This document shows positions 1-13,169 of a stretch of 64,000 nucleotides of DNA, in pieces. This DNA comes from Azolla caroliniana (Eukaryota; Plantae; Polypodiophyta), in contig JBHGNT010000010.1 of the NCBI GenBank assembly GCA_043228905.1, positions 1,736,001 to 1,800,000 on the forward strand, in the 5' to 3' direction. Position numbers and translations under genes: made by a program. The notes beneath the pieces were generated by a model, which saw only the letters and a program-made list of their open reading frames with translations, searched no databases and was not told where the DNA came from. The first letter of the stretch is position 1. Every line of letters begins with the position of its first letter.

Positions 1-821
1 TTTAATATCTGAAAATGGACTATTATTTCTTCATATAATTTCAATTTCCTTCTCAAGAGGAAGAGACAAACATGCTTTACATGCTAGCGGTTCTAGGGAT
101 ATTCTACCAAAATAGCCTTAGTATTTTTCTTACATGGTTTGACAAAAACTAGACGTTATTGTACATAGTTGCGCTACAATCTAACACACATCTAAAATGA
201 GGACTTGCATTAAAACATGATAGCACAAACCTATTCCTTACATTAACAAACCCCCTAGAACCAACTCCCTAGGTATGTGGTTTTTAACTATAATTTATGA
301 GATGATGAGGCACAACTTAATCAATTTAGGCCCTTAAAGATGGTATGCCAATCACTCATCAACAATATATAATTAAGCTTGGAAAACATCATGAATTCAA
401 AAATTTAAACGCTATGCATAGGTTCATGTATTGATGTTTGAATATTGAATCTTTGTCTATGTCAAGACGAAAGATGTGTTCACCACAATCTTTTCGTATG
501 TACACCACCACAAAATTCTAGCAAAAGGATAAGGTAATAACATTCTATGAAGCTAGGGAGAAATTGGATAAAGAAAGTATGTGGACATTGTTTTTTTTTT
601 TTCCAAAATGAAGCTACTGTCCCATTAGTTAGGAAGGATTATTACATAGAGAGTCTATAAGGAGACTTATACACACAAAGAAATTCCAAACATATAAGGA
701 TAAGACATTGTACATATAGATACATACATAAGAAAGAAACATAATCCTCTCCATGTCTAAATTTAAGTCACATCTCATAACTAAAACATAGTTATGAATT
801 AAATATATACCCTAGTAGTAA

Positions 822-1076
822 GCCATTGTGGGCATGTAAAATGTAGAGGTTGGACAACATGATCTTTAGTCTTGCATGAAAAATGATCAAATACATACAC
901 ACATACATCATGCAATTGACATTTTTTTCACATATCAAACTTTGTGCTTCAAAGTATTAATATCCCTTCTTAGGAAGGAGATACACATCAAGGAAACTTG
1001 TCTACTTAGGTCCCATGGGTCAATATTGGCCTCTCTATGGATTCTAAAAAGATGTTTAATTTACTCTCTCTCTCTG
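822..1076 (+). mobile_element. Short non-autonomous retroposon-like repeat (copy 1) sharing the LINE 3' tail
   Basis: About 85-90% identical by eye to 2151-2372. Its 3' ~130 bp match the LINE 3' end at 1950-2070. Ends in (CT)n then (TATG)n. Confidence 0.6.
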
Positions 1077-1112
<36 letters not shown>

Positions 1113-1118
1113 TGTATA
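1077..1118. repeat. (TA)/(TATG)n microsatellite
   Basis: tatatatatgtatgtatgtatgtatg... read directly. Confidence 0.95.
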
Positions 1119-2103
1119 TAGTTAAACTAATGTTATTCAATGCCATGGTAACTCAAGTATTGCTATATGGAGTAGAAGTATGGGGTGACATCATCTCTCT
1201 TAATGCATGGATGAGATTGAGAAAATTCAAAATATGTTTTTAAGGAGGCAATTAGGAGTTAAATGCACTACCTCATACTAGGATATGCTCTTGGAAACAG
1301 GTGTTCGGCCCATATAGGTATTGGCACTCCAAAGAGTATATAGATACATTACAAAAGTCAAGAATATGTTGAATCATTGATTACCACATCTTGCTTGGAA
1401 TGTTGGATGTAAGCTAAAAAGAATCATAAGAGTAAAATTCTCTCATCCGGTTGAGTTGTTGACATAAGAAAATGGTTCCAAAGATGTGGCGTGGATAATC
1501 TTTTAGAGCTTTTGGGCGATGCTATGCATTATGTAATAATGCAAGAAAGGTTGGTGAAATCATTAAGGATGAAGTGGGAAAATGCTAACAAGACAAAGCT
1601 AGAATACTACATGGCAAATGTCAACCTTGAATGTTGGTCTCAATATAATGCGAAAATGCTTATTGATCGTATCCAACCTTATCTCATTATTAATATGAGT
1701 ATTAATGCTCATAGAGCCCTCACACTACTTCACACTCGATCTCACAAGTTAGGTATTGAAGTTGCATCATGGTATCAAAATGTAGCGAATTTGAAGGCAT
1801 GGTAGAAGATGAATGTCACTTGCTCTTCACATGCACGGTATATAGTGCAATTCGTTCAAGATATGTTGACATATTAAGAGGGAGTTATAACTTAAGTGCC
1901 ATACTTAAGACACCACCAAGAAAGTTGAGCTCATATGTGTATGCCTTATTCACACATAGAGACTTTGTGCTTCAATGTATGACTACCCCTTTTTAGGGCG
2001 GAGACACATATCAAGAACACATGTATACTTTGGTCCCATAGGTCAAACTGGCCTCTTTATGGACAATAAAAAAATTCTAAATTCTCTCACTCACTCTCTC
2101 TCC
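1119..2103 (+). mobile_element. 5'-truncated, decayed non-LTR retrotransposon (RTE/RTEX-like), post-RT region to 3' end
   Basis: Fragments read LFNAMVTQVLLYGVEVWG, RSHKLGIEVASW and VEDECHLLFTCTVYSAIR, typical of the RTE/RTEX C-terminus and cysteine motif. Stops and frameshifts present. AATAAA and a (CT)-rich tail follow. Confidence 0.75.
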
Positions 2104-2150
2104 AACCTTGCCCCCCTTTTCGTGATACACTTTTTTCCTTAGTTTATAGG

Positions 2151-2372
2151 GCCATTGTGGGCATGCAAAATGTAGGGGGTGGACACCATGTTCTTCAGTC
2201 TTGCATGAAAAATGATCAAATACATACACACATACACCATGTAGTCAACACTTTTTTTCACACATCAAGACTTTGTGCTTCAAAGTATGAATATCCCTTC
2301 TTAGGAAGGAGATACACATCAAGAAAACTTGTGTACTTAGGCCCCATGGGTCAATATTGGTCTCTCTATATG
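2151..2372 (+). mobile_element. Short non-autonomous retroposon-like repeat (copy 2)
   Basis: Direct repeat of 822-1040 (gccattgtgggcatg...cccatgggtcaatattgg). Confidence 0.6.
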
Positions 2373-3443
2373 TAAACTCTTTTCCTTTTCAAGAGACAAC
2401 ATTAAAGAACCCAAGTTCTCTCATGTTCAACCTTGTGTAGTCCCACATGAAGGAATTCACATCTTTCCTCCGTGGAAAACCATCAACTTGTCAACATCCT
2501 TCCTTGGGAGAATATCATGGTTAGTTGGCCATAATAGAACTCAAAGATTTCTATCATGTAGAGCTTCCATGCAATGTGTTGTGGTGTGAATGCATACCAT
2601 GATAGGTCTCATCGTGGTTAGTTGCCCATGATAGAACTCAAAGAGTTTTATCATGCAAAGCTTCTACACGATGTAGGAACCTATTGAAGAACACAACAAT
2701 GCAGCTTCATCAAGGAGTGTTTCTACTCAAAGTCTAGCACATTTTGATCAAGATAGTGTTGTTCTATCATTGGAGAAGGGTCAACATGGAGTTGCCTCAA
2801 CGTCACTCTTGATTTCACCGAACTTGCTACTTGACCTTAGGCTCGATGTTGGGCCTAGAGTTCACACTATTATTCACTTTTGTTTGAGCTCATTCATACA
2901 TACACAAACCTAGCAAAATATGAACTACCACCACACACACATTGTAACAAACTTTAAACCTCCCTCATTTACATTCATCTACACCTAGAACACGTATAGC
3001 CAAAAACATGAGCACACAAATAATTAAAAGAAACGATGCATTCACCCCTACATGCAACTTTGCACATATACCCACATACATTCATGGATTCAACAATAAT
3101 TGCACACATACATGCACAAAAATACACAAACACGACTTCCATAAACGAACACACATTTCCACACCTTCTTGGGCACACACACTCTCACTCGCTCTATTAT
3201 CATACAAGGACTGACTAAAACCAAAAATTTCACAGCATGCATCCATGCATAGAGATGATCTTATGCGCACCATACAAAAAGCCCTCATAGCTAATGAGTG
3301 GAAAGTTATTGGGCACATGCATACTATTACATATCATCGTAATTGTTCAACTTCTACAAACACTATAAACAACATTCTCAACCCTGACTTCCTTGGTTTA
3401 GCACCCTAGTGATTTTGCTCACATTTCATATGCACGTGCAAGT

Positions 3444-3744
3444 TTTTGGGGACAAGGCTGTCAATGCGGAAGTGCAAGCAACATTCGTGATGAAGAAGAT
3501 CTTGTGCATGCACGAGCAAGATAGACACAGAGGGAGAGAGAGAGACACACACACAATGTATCAATTATATTTCAATAGCAACAGTTACAAAAATAACAAC
3601 CAACCTTTACTAAAGGTTACAAAGTCACTTTATATAGTGACTATCCTAGGGCAACTGCCCTTTATGCTATTTATAAAAATGAACCAAACTTGGGTTGTCC
3701 AAAGGGACAATGTGAATACGGCCATTATACACTCGTATTCGACA
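3444..3744 (-). repeat. Copia-1 3' LTR
   Basis: Matches 8650-8952; terminal TG mutated to TT. Confidence 0.93.
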
Positions 3745-3947
3745 CTCCCCCGTAATGGGCGTATACATGGGTTATCTAAAGAATTACAAGTATATATATA
3801 TACAAGGTTTATCGAATAGATCGGTTTTGTCAGAGTCGGCAAGATCCGAAGACAAAGGACCGAACCGGTCGGGTCGGAAGAGTTGAAGCCGATCCTCAGA
3901 GAACCGATGTTGGTGGTCCGAAACCATCTTGTGCTGTGTGTCCGACT

Positions 3948-6900
3948 TTAATTGGACCGATTTTTCGTTACGCCCATTTGGTGCCAAAGGGACCGGAAAC
4001 GATCCGCCGAAAGACACTTGGTCATTCCATCTGCGACATTATCGATTGTGGATATCTTCTCGAGACCGATTTCCCCTGAAATGACGCAGTCCCGAACAAA
4101 GTGATATCGAACGTCGATATGCTTAGAGGCGTTGTGGTGAACCGGATTTTTTGACAAGGCAACAACACCCTGACTTTCGCTGTAGACAACTGGAGCCGAG
4201 TCGGAGTCGACCTGTCGAAACGTGTGCGCCAACCGACCGAGCCATAAAGCTTCTTTTGCTGCGTCGGACACAGCTACATATTCCGCTTCGGTCGTTTAGG
4301 TGGTTTTACACTCCTAAAGTTTTGACTTCCACGAGATTGCTCCATTGCCGAATTTGAAACAGTATTTGGTTGTTGTTTTCCAACTGTCCACACAGTCGTC
4401 GAAGTCCGAGTCGGTGTAACCGACTACGCCTGAGGTTGAGTTCGGGCCGAAAAGTATGTCGTGGTCTTTTGTGCCAGCTAGATATCTGAACACATGCTTG
4501 ATTGCGTTCCAGTGCGATCGGCCGGGGTTGTGCATGAATCTGTTGACGACTCCTACGGCGTGAGAAATATCAAGCCGTGTCGCGACCATCGCGTACATAA
4601 GGGAGCCGACTGTCAGTGCATACGGTACCGACTTCATATCTTCCCCCTCCGGACCGGATGTCGGGCAGTCTCGCTGAGATAGCCGAAGGTTGATGGGGAG
4701 CGGGGTTGAAGCAGACTTGGTCGAGTGCATGTTGAAGCGTTCCATGACACGTCCGATGTAGTCGGTTTGAGACAAGAAAAGTTTTCACGTATCGCGATGC
4801 CGACTAATCTTCATACCGAGTATGTGTCTTGCCGGACCGAGGTCCTTCATGGTAAACTTCAACCGCAGTTTCCGAACGAGTTCGGTGAGCTCTCCGGCAT
4901 GCCGACCGGAGAGTAGCATGTCGTCCACGTAGATGATGAAGAAGACGGGAGACCCATCTTGAGCTGTTTTGGTGAAGAGACAATGGTCCTCATCACTCTT
5001 TGAGAAGCCGACCGATTGGATGAAGTCGTCGAACTTCTTGTACCACTGTCGGGGTGCCTGTTTCAGGCCATAGAGACTCTTCTTGAGTCGGTAGACTAGA
5101 TGTTCCTGGCCGAATTCCACAAAGCCTTTCGGCCGCTCCATATAGATTTCCTCTTGTAGGTCACCGTGGAGGAATGTCGTTTTGACATCTAGCTGAATCA
5201 GCTCTAAGTTGTTGGCGGCCACAACGCCGAGCATGAAACGAAGGGTCGTCATTTTCACCACTAGTGAAAAGATTTCGTCGAAGTCGACGACATATTCTTG
5301 TCTAAAGCCCTTCGCAACTAATCTGGCCTTGTACTTAGGGGTGGTCGAGTCGGACGTCTCTTTTAGTCGATAAACCCACTTACATGGAAGAACACGTCGA
5401 TTCTTCGGTAATTCGACCAAGTCCCAAGTCTTGTTTGCCCGAATGGAGTGCATTTCTGACTCCATTGCCAGATGCCATGTGGCTGAATGGGCAGATGCCG
5501 ATGCTTCTTCGTAAGACGTCGGTTCGCCGGTGTCGGTAAAGAAAATTCCGGGAGAGTACCTCTCCGGAGGTTGCGACAGTCTCTCGGATCTACGAGGTAT
5601 GACTGGACTAGTTGCACCGGGTGTCGATGTCGGATGGTCGGGAGTCGAGCCATTCGGCTGTGCCGAATCGGTGGATTCGGTGCGAGAGTTGTCGGTTACC
5701 CGTGAAACTGATCTCGTGTTGTGGGCTGGGCCGGCATGAAGGGTTGGCAGTTCGGAAAATATTACTCTTCGGACTTCAATAAGCCTTTCGGTTGTTTTAT
5801 GCATAGTTGACTCGTTGAACATGACGTCTGAACTTCAGACGATTTGTCTGTGCTCGGGGTCCCGGAGTCGATATCCGATCTCGCCATCAGGTCCATATCC
5901 AAGAAAAACACATTTCCATGACCTTGGTTCGAGTTTCCGGCGGTCTTTCGGTATGAGAGCATACGCCTCGCAACCGAAGATCCTCAATTTGTCATAATTC
6001 AAGTTATTGCCGTGCCGGTCCATATTTCCTGAGGTATTTGAAGTCCTAGAGGTCTACTTGGCGACATATTTATTATGTGTACTGCCGTAAGTAGAGCCTC
6101 CGCCCAGAAGGCATCCGACAGTCCAGAGTGTTGGAGCATGGATACTACGCGTTCTTGAATCGTCTGATTCATGCGTTCAACAATTCCGTTCTGCTCCGGA
6201 CTATAGGGTGCCGTATATTCACGTCGAATGCTGCGTTCCCGGCAGAAGTTAACGAATTCTTCAGACTTGAATTCTCCTCCATTGTCGGTTCGGAGACATT
6301 TTAGTTTCCGACCGGTCTGATTTTCGACCATTGCAAGCCATTCGGAGAAGATCGAGAACACCCGATCTTTGGTTCTGATGGGATAAGCCCACACCTTCCG
6401 AGTTGAGTCGCCAATGAAATTGGCGAAGTACGAAGCACCATCGAGAGATTGATGTAGCATCGGGCCACAGACGTCCGAGTGGACTAAATTGAGGGGGCTC
6501 GATTCTCTTGGTGTTGATGTCGGGTGTGATGTGGCTACCTATTTGTCGTACTAGCAATGCTCACAGAAATGGTGATCGGAGAAAGAGAGCTTGGGGATGT
6601 AACCGGCTCTGGATAGGTGCGTTATGCCGGCCTTGCTGAGGTGTCCAAGTCGTCCGTGCCATAACGATGACACGGGGATATCAACCAAAAATAAGTCAGC
6701 CTCTTTGAGTGTGACATATAAAGGATACAAGGAATGTACCTTTGGTCCTCGAGCAAGCCAGAGGTTCCCTTTGTGGAGTGTCCACCCTCCTGATGAAAAT
6801 CTGGCACGTATGCCGGCTTCGTCAAGTTGTCCGACTGAGATCAAGGGTCTTGAAAGCTTAGGAACGTGTTGAACATTGTGTAGTACGAGTGTAGAGCCTC

Positions 6901-7984
6901 CTGGAAGATTGAGCTCTACGGTGCCGATTCTGATTATAGCAGAGTGCTGCAAGTTTCCGACTCGAACTCAGTCGGAGTGTCGATCTGAGTATTGCCGAAA
7001 CTAAGATCGGTGAGGTGTCACATGATACGATGCGCCCGAGTCCAGGAGCCATGTGCTCGATTCCTCAATCGTAAGCAGAACTTCTGATTCGACTGGGTTC
7101 TCTATGGACAGTATGTTCGGGTTGGTCGTCAAAATTTCGGCTAAAGAGCCGACGTAGTTGACCTCCTCATGCCTGCTACTCTTCTGATCCGCTCTCTGAG
7201 CTTTGTCGATTTTTGCTTTGAGTGCCCTGCAGTCGGCTTTGATGTGTCCCGGTTTCTTGCAGTAGTTGCAGATTCGGTTGTCTCGAGACTTGCTTCCGCT
7301 TCGCTGATTATTCGGTGGTCGGGAAGAACTTCTTCCCCGGTTGTTCGATCGGTCGATCAAACCTTGTACTACGTAAGCTTCATCTGCCGAGTCTTTGGTG
7401 AAAGACTTTCTCCGAGCTGCTTCAGTCAGGATTGCACTCGTGACTTCAGAGTACTTAACGGCAGTTGTTGAAGCATTGCACACGGTTGTGACGAAAGTTT
7501 CCCATGAAGAGGGGAGACTACTCATGAGTATCATTGCTTTGAGTTCATCCTCAATTGCCGTCCCCTGAGACGAGATTTGGGAGCTTATGCTTTCGTACTC
7601 ATTGAGGTGTGCCTGAACCGAATCGGATTCTTTCATCCGCAAGTTGTAGAGGAGCCGGATCAGGTACATCTTCGTTGCGGCAACCTTCTTTTCATAAGTT
7701 TCCGACAGTGTTTTCCAAAGTTCAAACGTTGTCGTGCATGATTGCACAGTGAAGTACACTGACTCCGACAAGTGCATCCGAATCGTGGCGCGGACGATTT
7801 TGTCCAGCTTTAGCCACTCGTTTGCCTTGTATGCTTCTGGAGGATTTTCATTCTCAATCGGGTCTATTTGACCCTTGACTATGAGATAGTCCTGCATTTG
7901 TTCCTTCCAGAAGTTAAAGTTCGAACCGTCTAACCTCCTTAGACTCATCTCCGATGAGCCGGATGTTGATGCTATCTGCTTCAA
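3948..7984 (-). pseudogene. Copia gag-pol, broken by stops and frameshifts
   Basis: Gag with CNYCKKPGHIKADC knuckle; protease WLLDSGAS; integrase LRTDNGGEF/PEQNG; RT YVDDML; RNase H KHIDVRYHF. Split across several ORFs. Confidence 0.93.
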
Positions 7985-8649
7985 TTTCGGTTGGTAAGAC
8001 TCGGTTCGGAGTTGACTACAAACCTTAGTGGGGTGCAGCCAGTCGGCTCACCCGATATCGTTCTAGTCGGTTTTGAACCCAAGTCGGTTTGGTTTCAGAT
8101 ACTTGTTGCTGAACTTGCTCGAAGTGACTCCGGTAACTTGAGGGACAGAACCGGCTGGTCTTCCCGAATGTTGCTTAGTCGGAGTGAGCCCGGTTAGCTT
8201 CCAATTGTATGCCGAATACCGATTACGCGAAACCGATTGTTTGGGCCGATTTTGCTTCGGATGATTGCAGCGATGACTCCAACTAATCCTCCCGAATGTC
8301 GATCAGCCGAGTGAAGCATGAAGTGGTTGTTGCCGGGAGACCAATCTGCAGCGGGTGGTTACAACAAGCGGGTGAATAGCGTCCGATGACCTATTCGGAT
8401 GTTGTTTAACTGAATGAAGCACGATTGGGTCGGTTGTTGCTCAAGGAGCTCCCCTCAAGCGGTTACAATCACAGGAATAGAGTACAACCGACTGGCTTAC
8501 TCCAATTTGTGATTTAACACAGTGAGATGCGAGCTCTTTGTCTTTTTCTTCTCCCTTCTCTGTTCTTCAAAGAAAACGAAAACAGAATGTTGTGTTGTGC
8601 GATGACGGCCGGCAGCGGGTTAAAGAACCTCCAACGCTCTGATACCAAA

Positions 8650-8952
8650 TGTTGGGGACAAGGCTGTCAATGCGGAAGTGCAAGCAACATTCGTGATGAA
8701 GAAGATCATGTGTATGCACGAGCAAGATAGACACAAAGGGAGAGAGACACACACACACACACAACGTATCAATTATATTTCAATAACAACAGTTACAAAA
8801 ATAACAACCAACCTTTACTAAAGGTTACAAAGTCACTTTATATAGTGACTATCCTAGGGCAACTGCCCTTTATGCTATTTACAGAAATGACCCAAACTTG
8901 GGCTGTCCAAAGGGACAATGTGAATACGGCCATTATACACTCGTATTCGACA
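8650..8952 (-). repeat. Copia-1 5' LTR
   Basis: TG...CA ends, adjacent to the PBS. Confidence 0.95.
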
Positions 8953-11900
8953 CAAATTTCCACAACAATGAGAATGACAACATGATCTTCTTCAAACCAT
9001 CTTACTAATTAAGCTACACTCATCTCCCCGATATCTCAATTTGTTTCTCTTCTTTAAGTTAATAAATAATAACTATTGCACCACACTCTTCATTTTTTAT
9101 TTTTTTTCCAAAAAAAAAAAAAGGAGTGAGGGAGAAGTGGCTATGAAATTAATTGAGAATAACTAGCCAAAGAGTGAGTAAGAATGAGTATGGTTGCATA
9201 GAAGTTCTACTTTTGATCATCTAATTCCCACAATGAGCATGAATATATCATTGTCAATGTGAACAACTCTTAAATTTTGCGCAAAAAACTTTACACATTG
9301 TGAGCAATTTCACCCTCCTACATGTGCACCTTTCATGTCTACATTTCATGATGCTTGTTTGTTGATATACTATGTGTGCATGTGCGCATTCATTTCCGCG
9401 TGTTTGCAACTTGAGCACCCAAATGCTTCATTGTATGTGTGGGTTTTTCTATGTATGAGCACTTCACCACGTGTGTGAGTCTCTTTGTGTTTCACCAATA
9501 ACTTGCACAAATGTAAAGGTTGCTCATTAGTGTTGCTTATGATATGGGAAATTCATTGGTACGGCCAGATAGGAAAGGCATGGCTGTAAACATGCACACA
9601 TACACACATGCTTTCTTTTTTAAGTACATTTTATCATCACAAAACAACAAGAACAACTTGATCTCAAAAGAGGGCGTATGGAGCATCATTTATTCGGTGG
9701 TACCAAATGCAAAAATCTATTTCTCCTCAATTCTTTGTATCAATGTTTCATACAACCATCTCTCTCTTATTTATGGTGCATTTGCTTTATGGAACATTGC
9801 ATGTGGAACCTCCTACTAATAGACGTAAGTTATAAATGGTCAATTCACATGTGTGTATGAGATTCAATGGGGATCAAATTATGATGAGGGATTATTTTGT
9901 GACAACCACCAAATTATAACCTTAACTAAGGATCAATTTCAAACCACATAGCTTGATATGCTAGAAGATAAGCTTTGGCCACACTTTCTTTTATCATCTA
10001 TATGGATGTTTGATATCGACAAATTGACACATTTCCCATGGCAAAGAGATGGCAACTTTAATGAACCATATTGATTATGAGAGAGAGACCATGGAAGACT
10101 ATCTAAATTACCACAAAAATGGAGAACCTTAATAAATGTCACATGCACAAGGTTAGAACAAAAAGTTTTAGTAGAGAATATATTTATACATATATATAAG
10201 GCAAGCAGTTTTGCGGACTTGAGTGGAAAGACGGCAAATTTCATATTTATTACATGCTGATGTATTACCTATAGGGGGTGAATGTGCACTTTGTGCAAAC
10301 ATAAACATATCATATAAGTAGGGAAACACACAAATGAGTGTGAATCTAGTATAGCTTGATACAATTCTTCTTTTACAAAATAATGAATACCTCCGGCTTA
10401 TAAACCACTTGTTATTAAGTTGGAAGGAAATCATGTGGTAACATGTGGATTTATATAGCTTACAAGTTGTATCAATTTATGTTTTGTTATAGAAAACATT
10501 GAACAAAAAGTTGAAAGTTGCAAAAGAATACGAATTCCAAAGGCAACCAAAGTAACGTTCAACTTAAATGAAATTTACCCCTAGTTCGAGGTAGCGTGAA
10601 TTTTCATGCACATGCATAAAGCTGAAAAACAATGCAACCAAGAACACACTCATATAAAAGGATGTGTCATGTGGACCTAAATTTCAAGACCATCTAATTT
10701 TTTTTCAGATCTACTTGACTCCCTCTGCTATAACTATCCCTAATTGAACTAATAGGACACTCTTTTTCTTTTTTGATACCTCGATGACTAAAGGAGAAAA
10801 AACAAATTTGTCATGAAACCTTCCCATTTTTTGTGTCTGGTCCTTTTCTCTCTCGAGAAATATAACTCCATTTCATTTCTTCACGAAGTTATATCTTGAA
10901 TAACCGAAGGGAAGAAGATAGGTAGGTGTGTAAATAGAATTAAAAACTTTGGCATGGTGTCAAAGATTGTGAACATGCAATATAATAATGATTGCTCTTT
11001 CCCTTTACGTCTATTGATGTCTATATGATGCAACATTGTTCAATGGGTATGGTTTCAAGTTTCCACCGTGTAAAGTTATTGATGCGCCTTGCAATACCAC
11101 CATCAAGCCCCCATCAATTGTGTGCAATTCCCGAGGGAACGGTCTTAGGTTGTTATGTTGGGTACTAAATTGGGTTCATGAGTCATGACTCATGTCTATG
11201 CATTCAAAGTCTATTTAACAATGACGTGACTATAATACCCTACTATTATTCAAGTATAAAAGATGTGGCTACCATTTTGTACTAGCTAGATTATGGTAAT
11301 TCCTCCTTTCAACAAACCTTTTATGGTGCTTGAGCAATTAATAGAGCAACAAGTATTCAAAGGCATAAGAAGCACAACTTGAAAAGGAAACCTTGAGTGA
11401 AAGTATATTTCCATGGTGACACGTGATCACTCTTGAAACTAACACAATCACAAATTTCTATTTGACTTATGTGAGGGATACCTTTTGAGTATTTAACCAA
11501 AACATGTAACTTGTAACTTGCATGATGAGGATGCATGTCATTAAGCATTTTATGCTAGAAAGCATGATTTGACAAATACCAAAGACTATATATTTGAACT
11601 CTTTGTGGCCCACCAAAGGATACATATAATATATAACTAGGGCTCATGGTCACACTTCAAATTCATTGATGCCCACCTATGTCGCATGTTGTCTTCGAAT
11701 GCATATTGAATCTAGATATACTTCATGAAGTGACATAAAGTAAACCCAAGGTGATTCCACGTGATATTTATACACCCATGCAATTATGGTTATAGCAATT
11801 GTACATTATACAAACCATGGCATACAACTTTTACCACTATATTTCTTGTCCATTGATGACATGACATGTGATAAGGTAGAGTCGGCCAAATGAGTAGAAG

Positions 11901-13066
11901 CGTGTTTTGAGAGCAACCCATACCCATAATTGGAGAACTATGCATCCCTCAGGATTGTAAAGCATCAAAAAAGGAAGGATCATGAATGAATTGTGATGGA
12001 TATTTGCAAGCGACAACATGGTGAAAGTGTCGACACAAACTTAGGGGTCATGGGGACATGTGGGCTCATGGAAATGTCAGTTTACTCACATTCTCTTAAC
12101 AAGAAAAGATAGAAAGAGGTTCTCAGGGAACCAATTCATTATTTGGGGGAGGGGGATCAATGAGATGGGTTGAGCCCATGGCAAGGATCGAACTTGGATT
12201 CTCCCATTTTTATGACTTTGATGCTTCATGGCAAAGAGACAGATAGCTAAGCGAAAACTTGTACCATCACATCTAGCTAGGCTAGGCATGCTTCATATAC
12301 ATACCTACAAAAGCTCCATCCACATAGGGGGAAGAAAGCTTTGAAACTTCTCGAATGTGCCTTTGGGGGCCATCAATAACAACGTCATTCCCAACCTCAC
12401 GTGGCTAGCTAGCTAGTTAAAACTATGATTCCAACATTCTTGTACATATGGGGCCTCAAAATGGTGGCTCATATCTAGGTCCTAATCCTCAAATACAGGA
12501 ATAATCGTGGTCTTAATCCGCAATATAGCTACCCATGACCATAACCCCCAAGAAAAGCTCCAATGACTTTGGGTAAGTAAGGTGCGAGTACTCCGATAAC
12601 CATATCCTTTTATGTCACACCAAGTCAATGACTGTGTCTCATGGTCATAAATAGGTGCTGGGTTCGAATCGCGAAATGGGAGCTCTTGGGATGAATGCTT
12701 TTGGAGGTGGGTATCGTATGGCATACATACATATAATGCTATATGTATTATAAATTTATAATATAGAGAAAGAGAAGAAAGAAAATGAAGAAGAGAACAT
12801 ATGGATGATTAGATTGATGCTTGCTTTATATGTCCTACACTCTCCCATTCTCTTCTTTTCTCTTCTTTTCTTCATCCTCCACTCAATGTGGGAAAATGTA
12901 GAAGACTTTGTTGAGACAGAAGTAGACTGAGACTGAGAGGAATCATCCATCAAGCTGCTGAGCCTCTCCTCCATAGTGTCAAATTCTCTGATCTATCTCT
13001 CTCTCTTTATCCTCCCAGAACCCTACACTTCTTCCTTACAGACAAATGTATATACACATTAACCTC

Positions 13067-13136
13067 AAACCCTAAACCCTAAGCCTAAGCCTAAGCCTTA
13101 CGCCCTAACCCTGAAATCCTATTCCCTTAAGCCCTG
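13067..13136 (+). promoter_or_regulatory. Telo-box / degenerate telomere-repeat array in the 5' region of the NRL gene
   Basis: AAACCCT x2, AAGCCT x3, then decayed units ending ~35 bp before the ATG. Confidence 0.55.
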
Positions 13137-13169
13137 AACTTTATCACCCACATAAAATTGTTTGCATCC

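Larger units (their letters stand above)
3444..8952 (-). mobile_element. Full-length Ty1/Copia LTR retrotransposon, decayed (Copia-1)
   Basis: LTRs at 3444-3744 and 8650-8952 with ~10 substitutions. tRNA-iMet PBS TGGTATCAGAGC (8636-8647, minus). PPT next to 3745. TSD CAAGT/CAAAT. Domain order gag-PR-INT-RT-RH. Confidence 0.95.

Noticed and set aside
2835-2860. Hairpin plus CTAG resembling a Helitron 3' end
   Set aside because: The CTAG overlaps the stem and there is no other Helitron evidence.
9840-10150. Possible Myb/SANT (Harbinger) relic, QKWRTL
   Set aside because: Too short, and no TIR or TSD found.
12160-12260. B-box-like motifs (minus strand here, plus strand at ~12662), possible SINE relics
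   Set aside because: No convincing A-box, tail or TSD.
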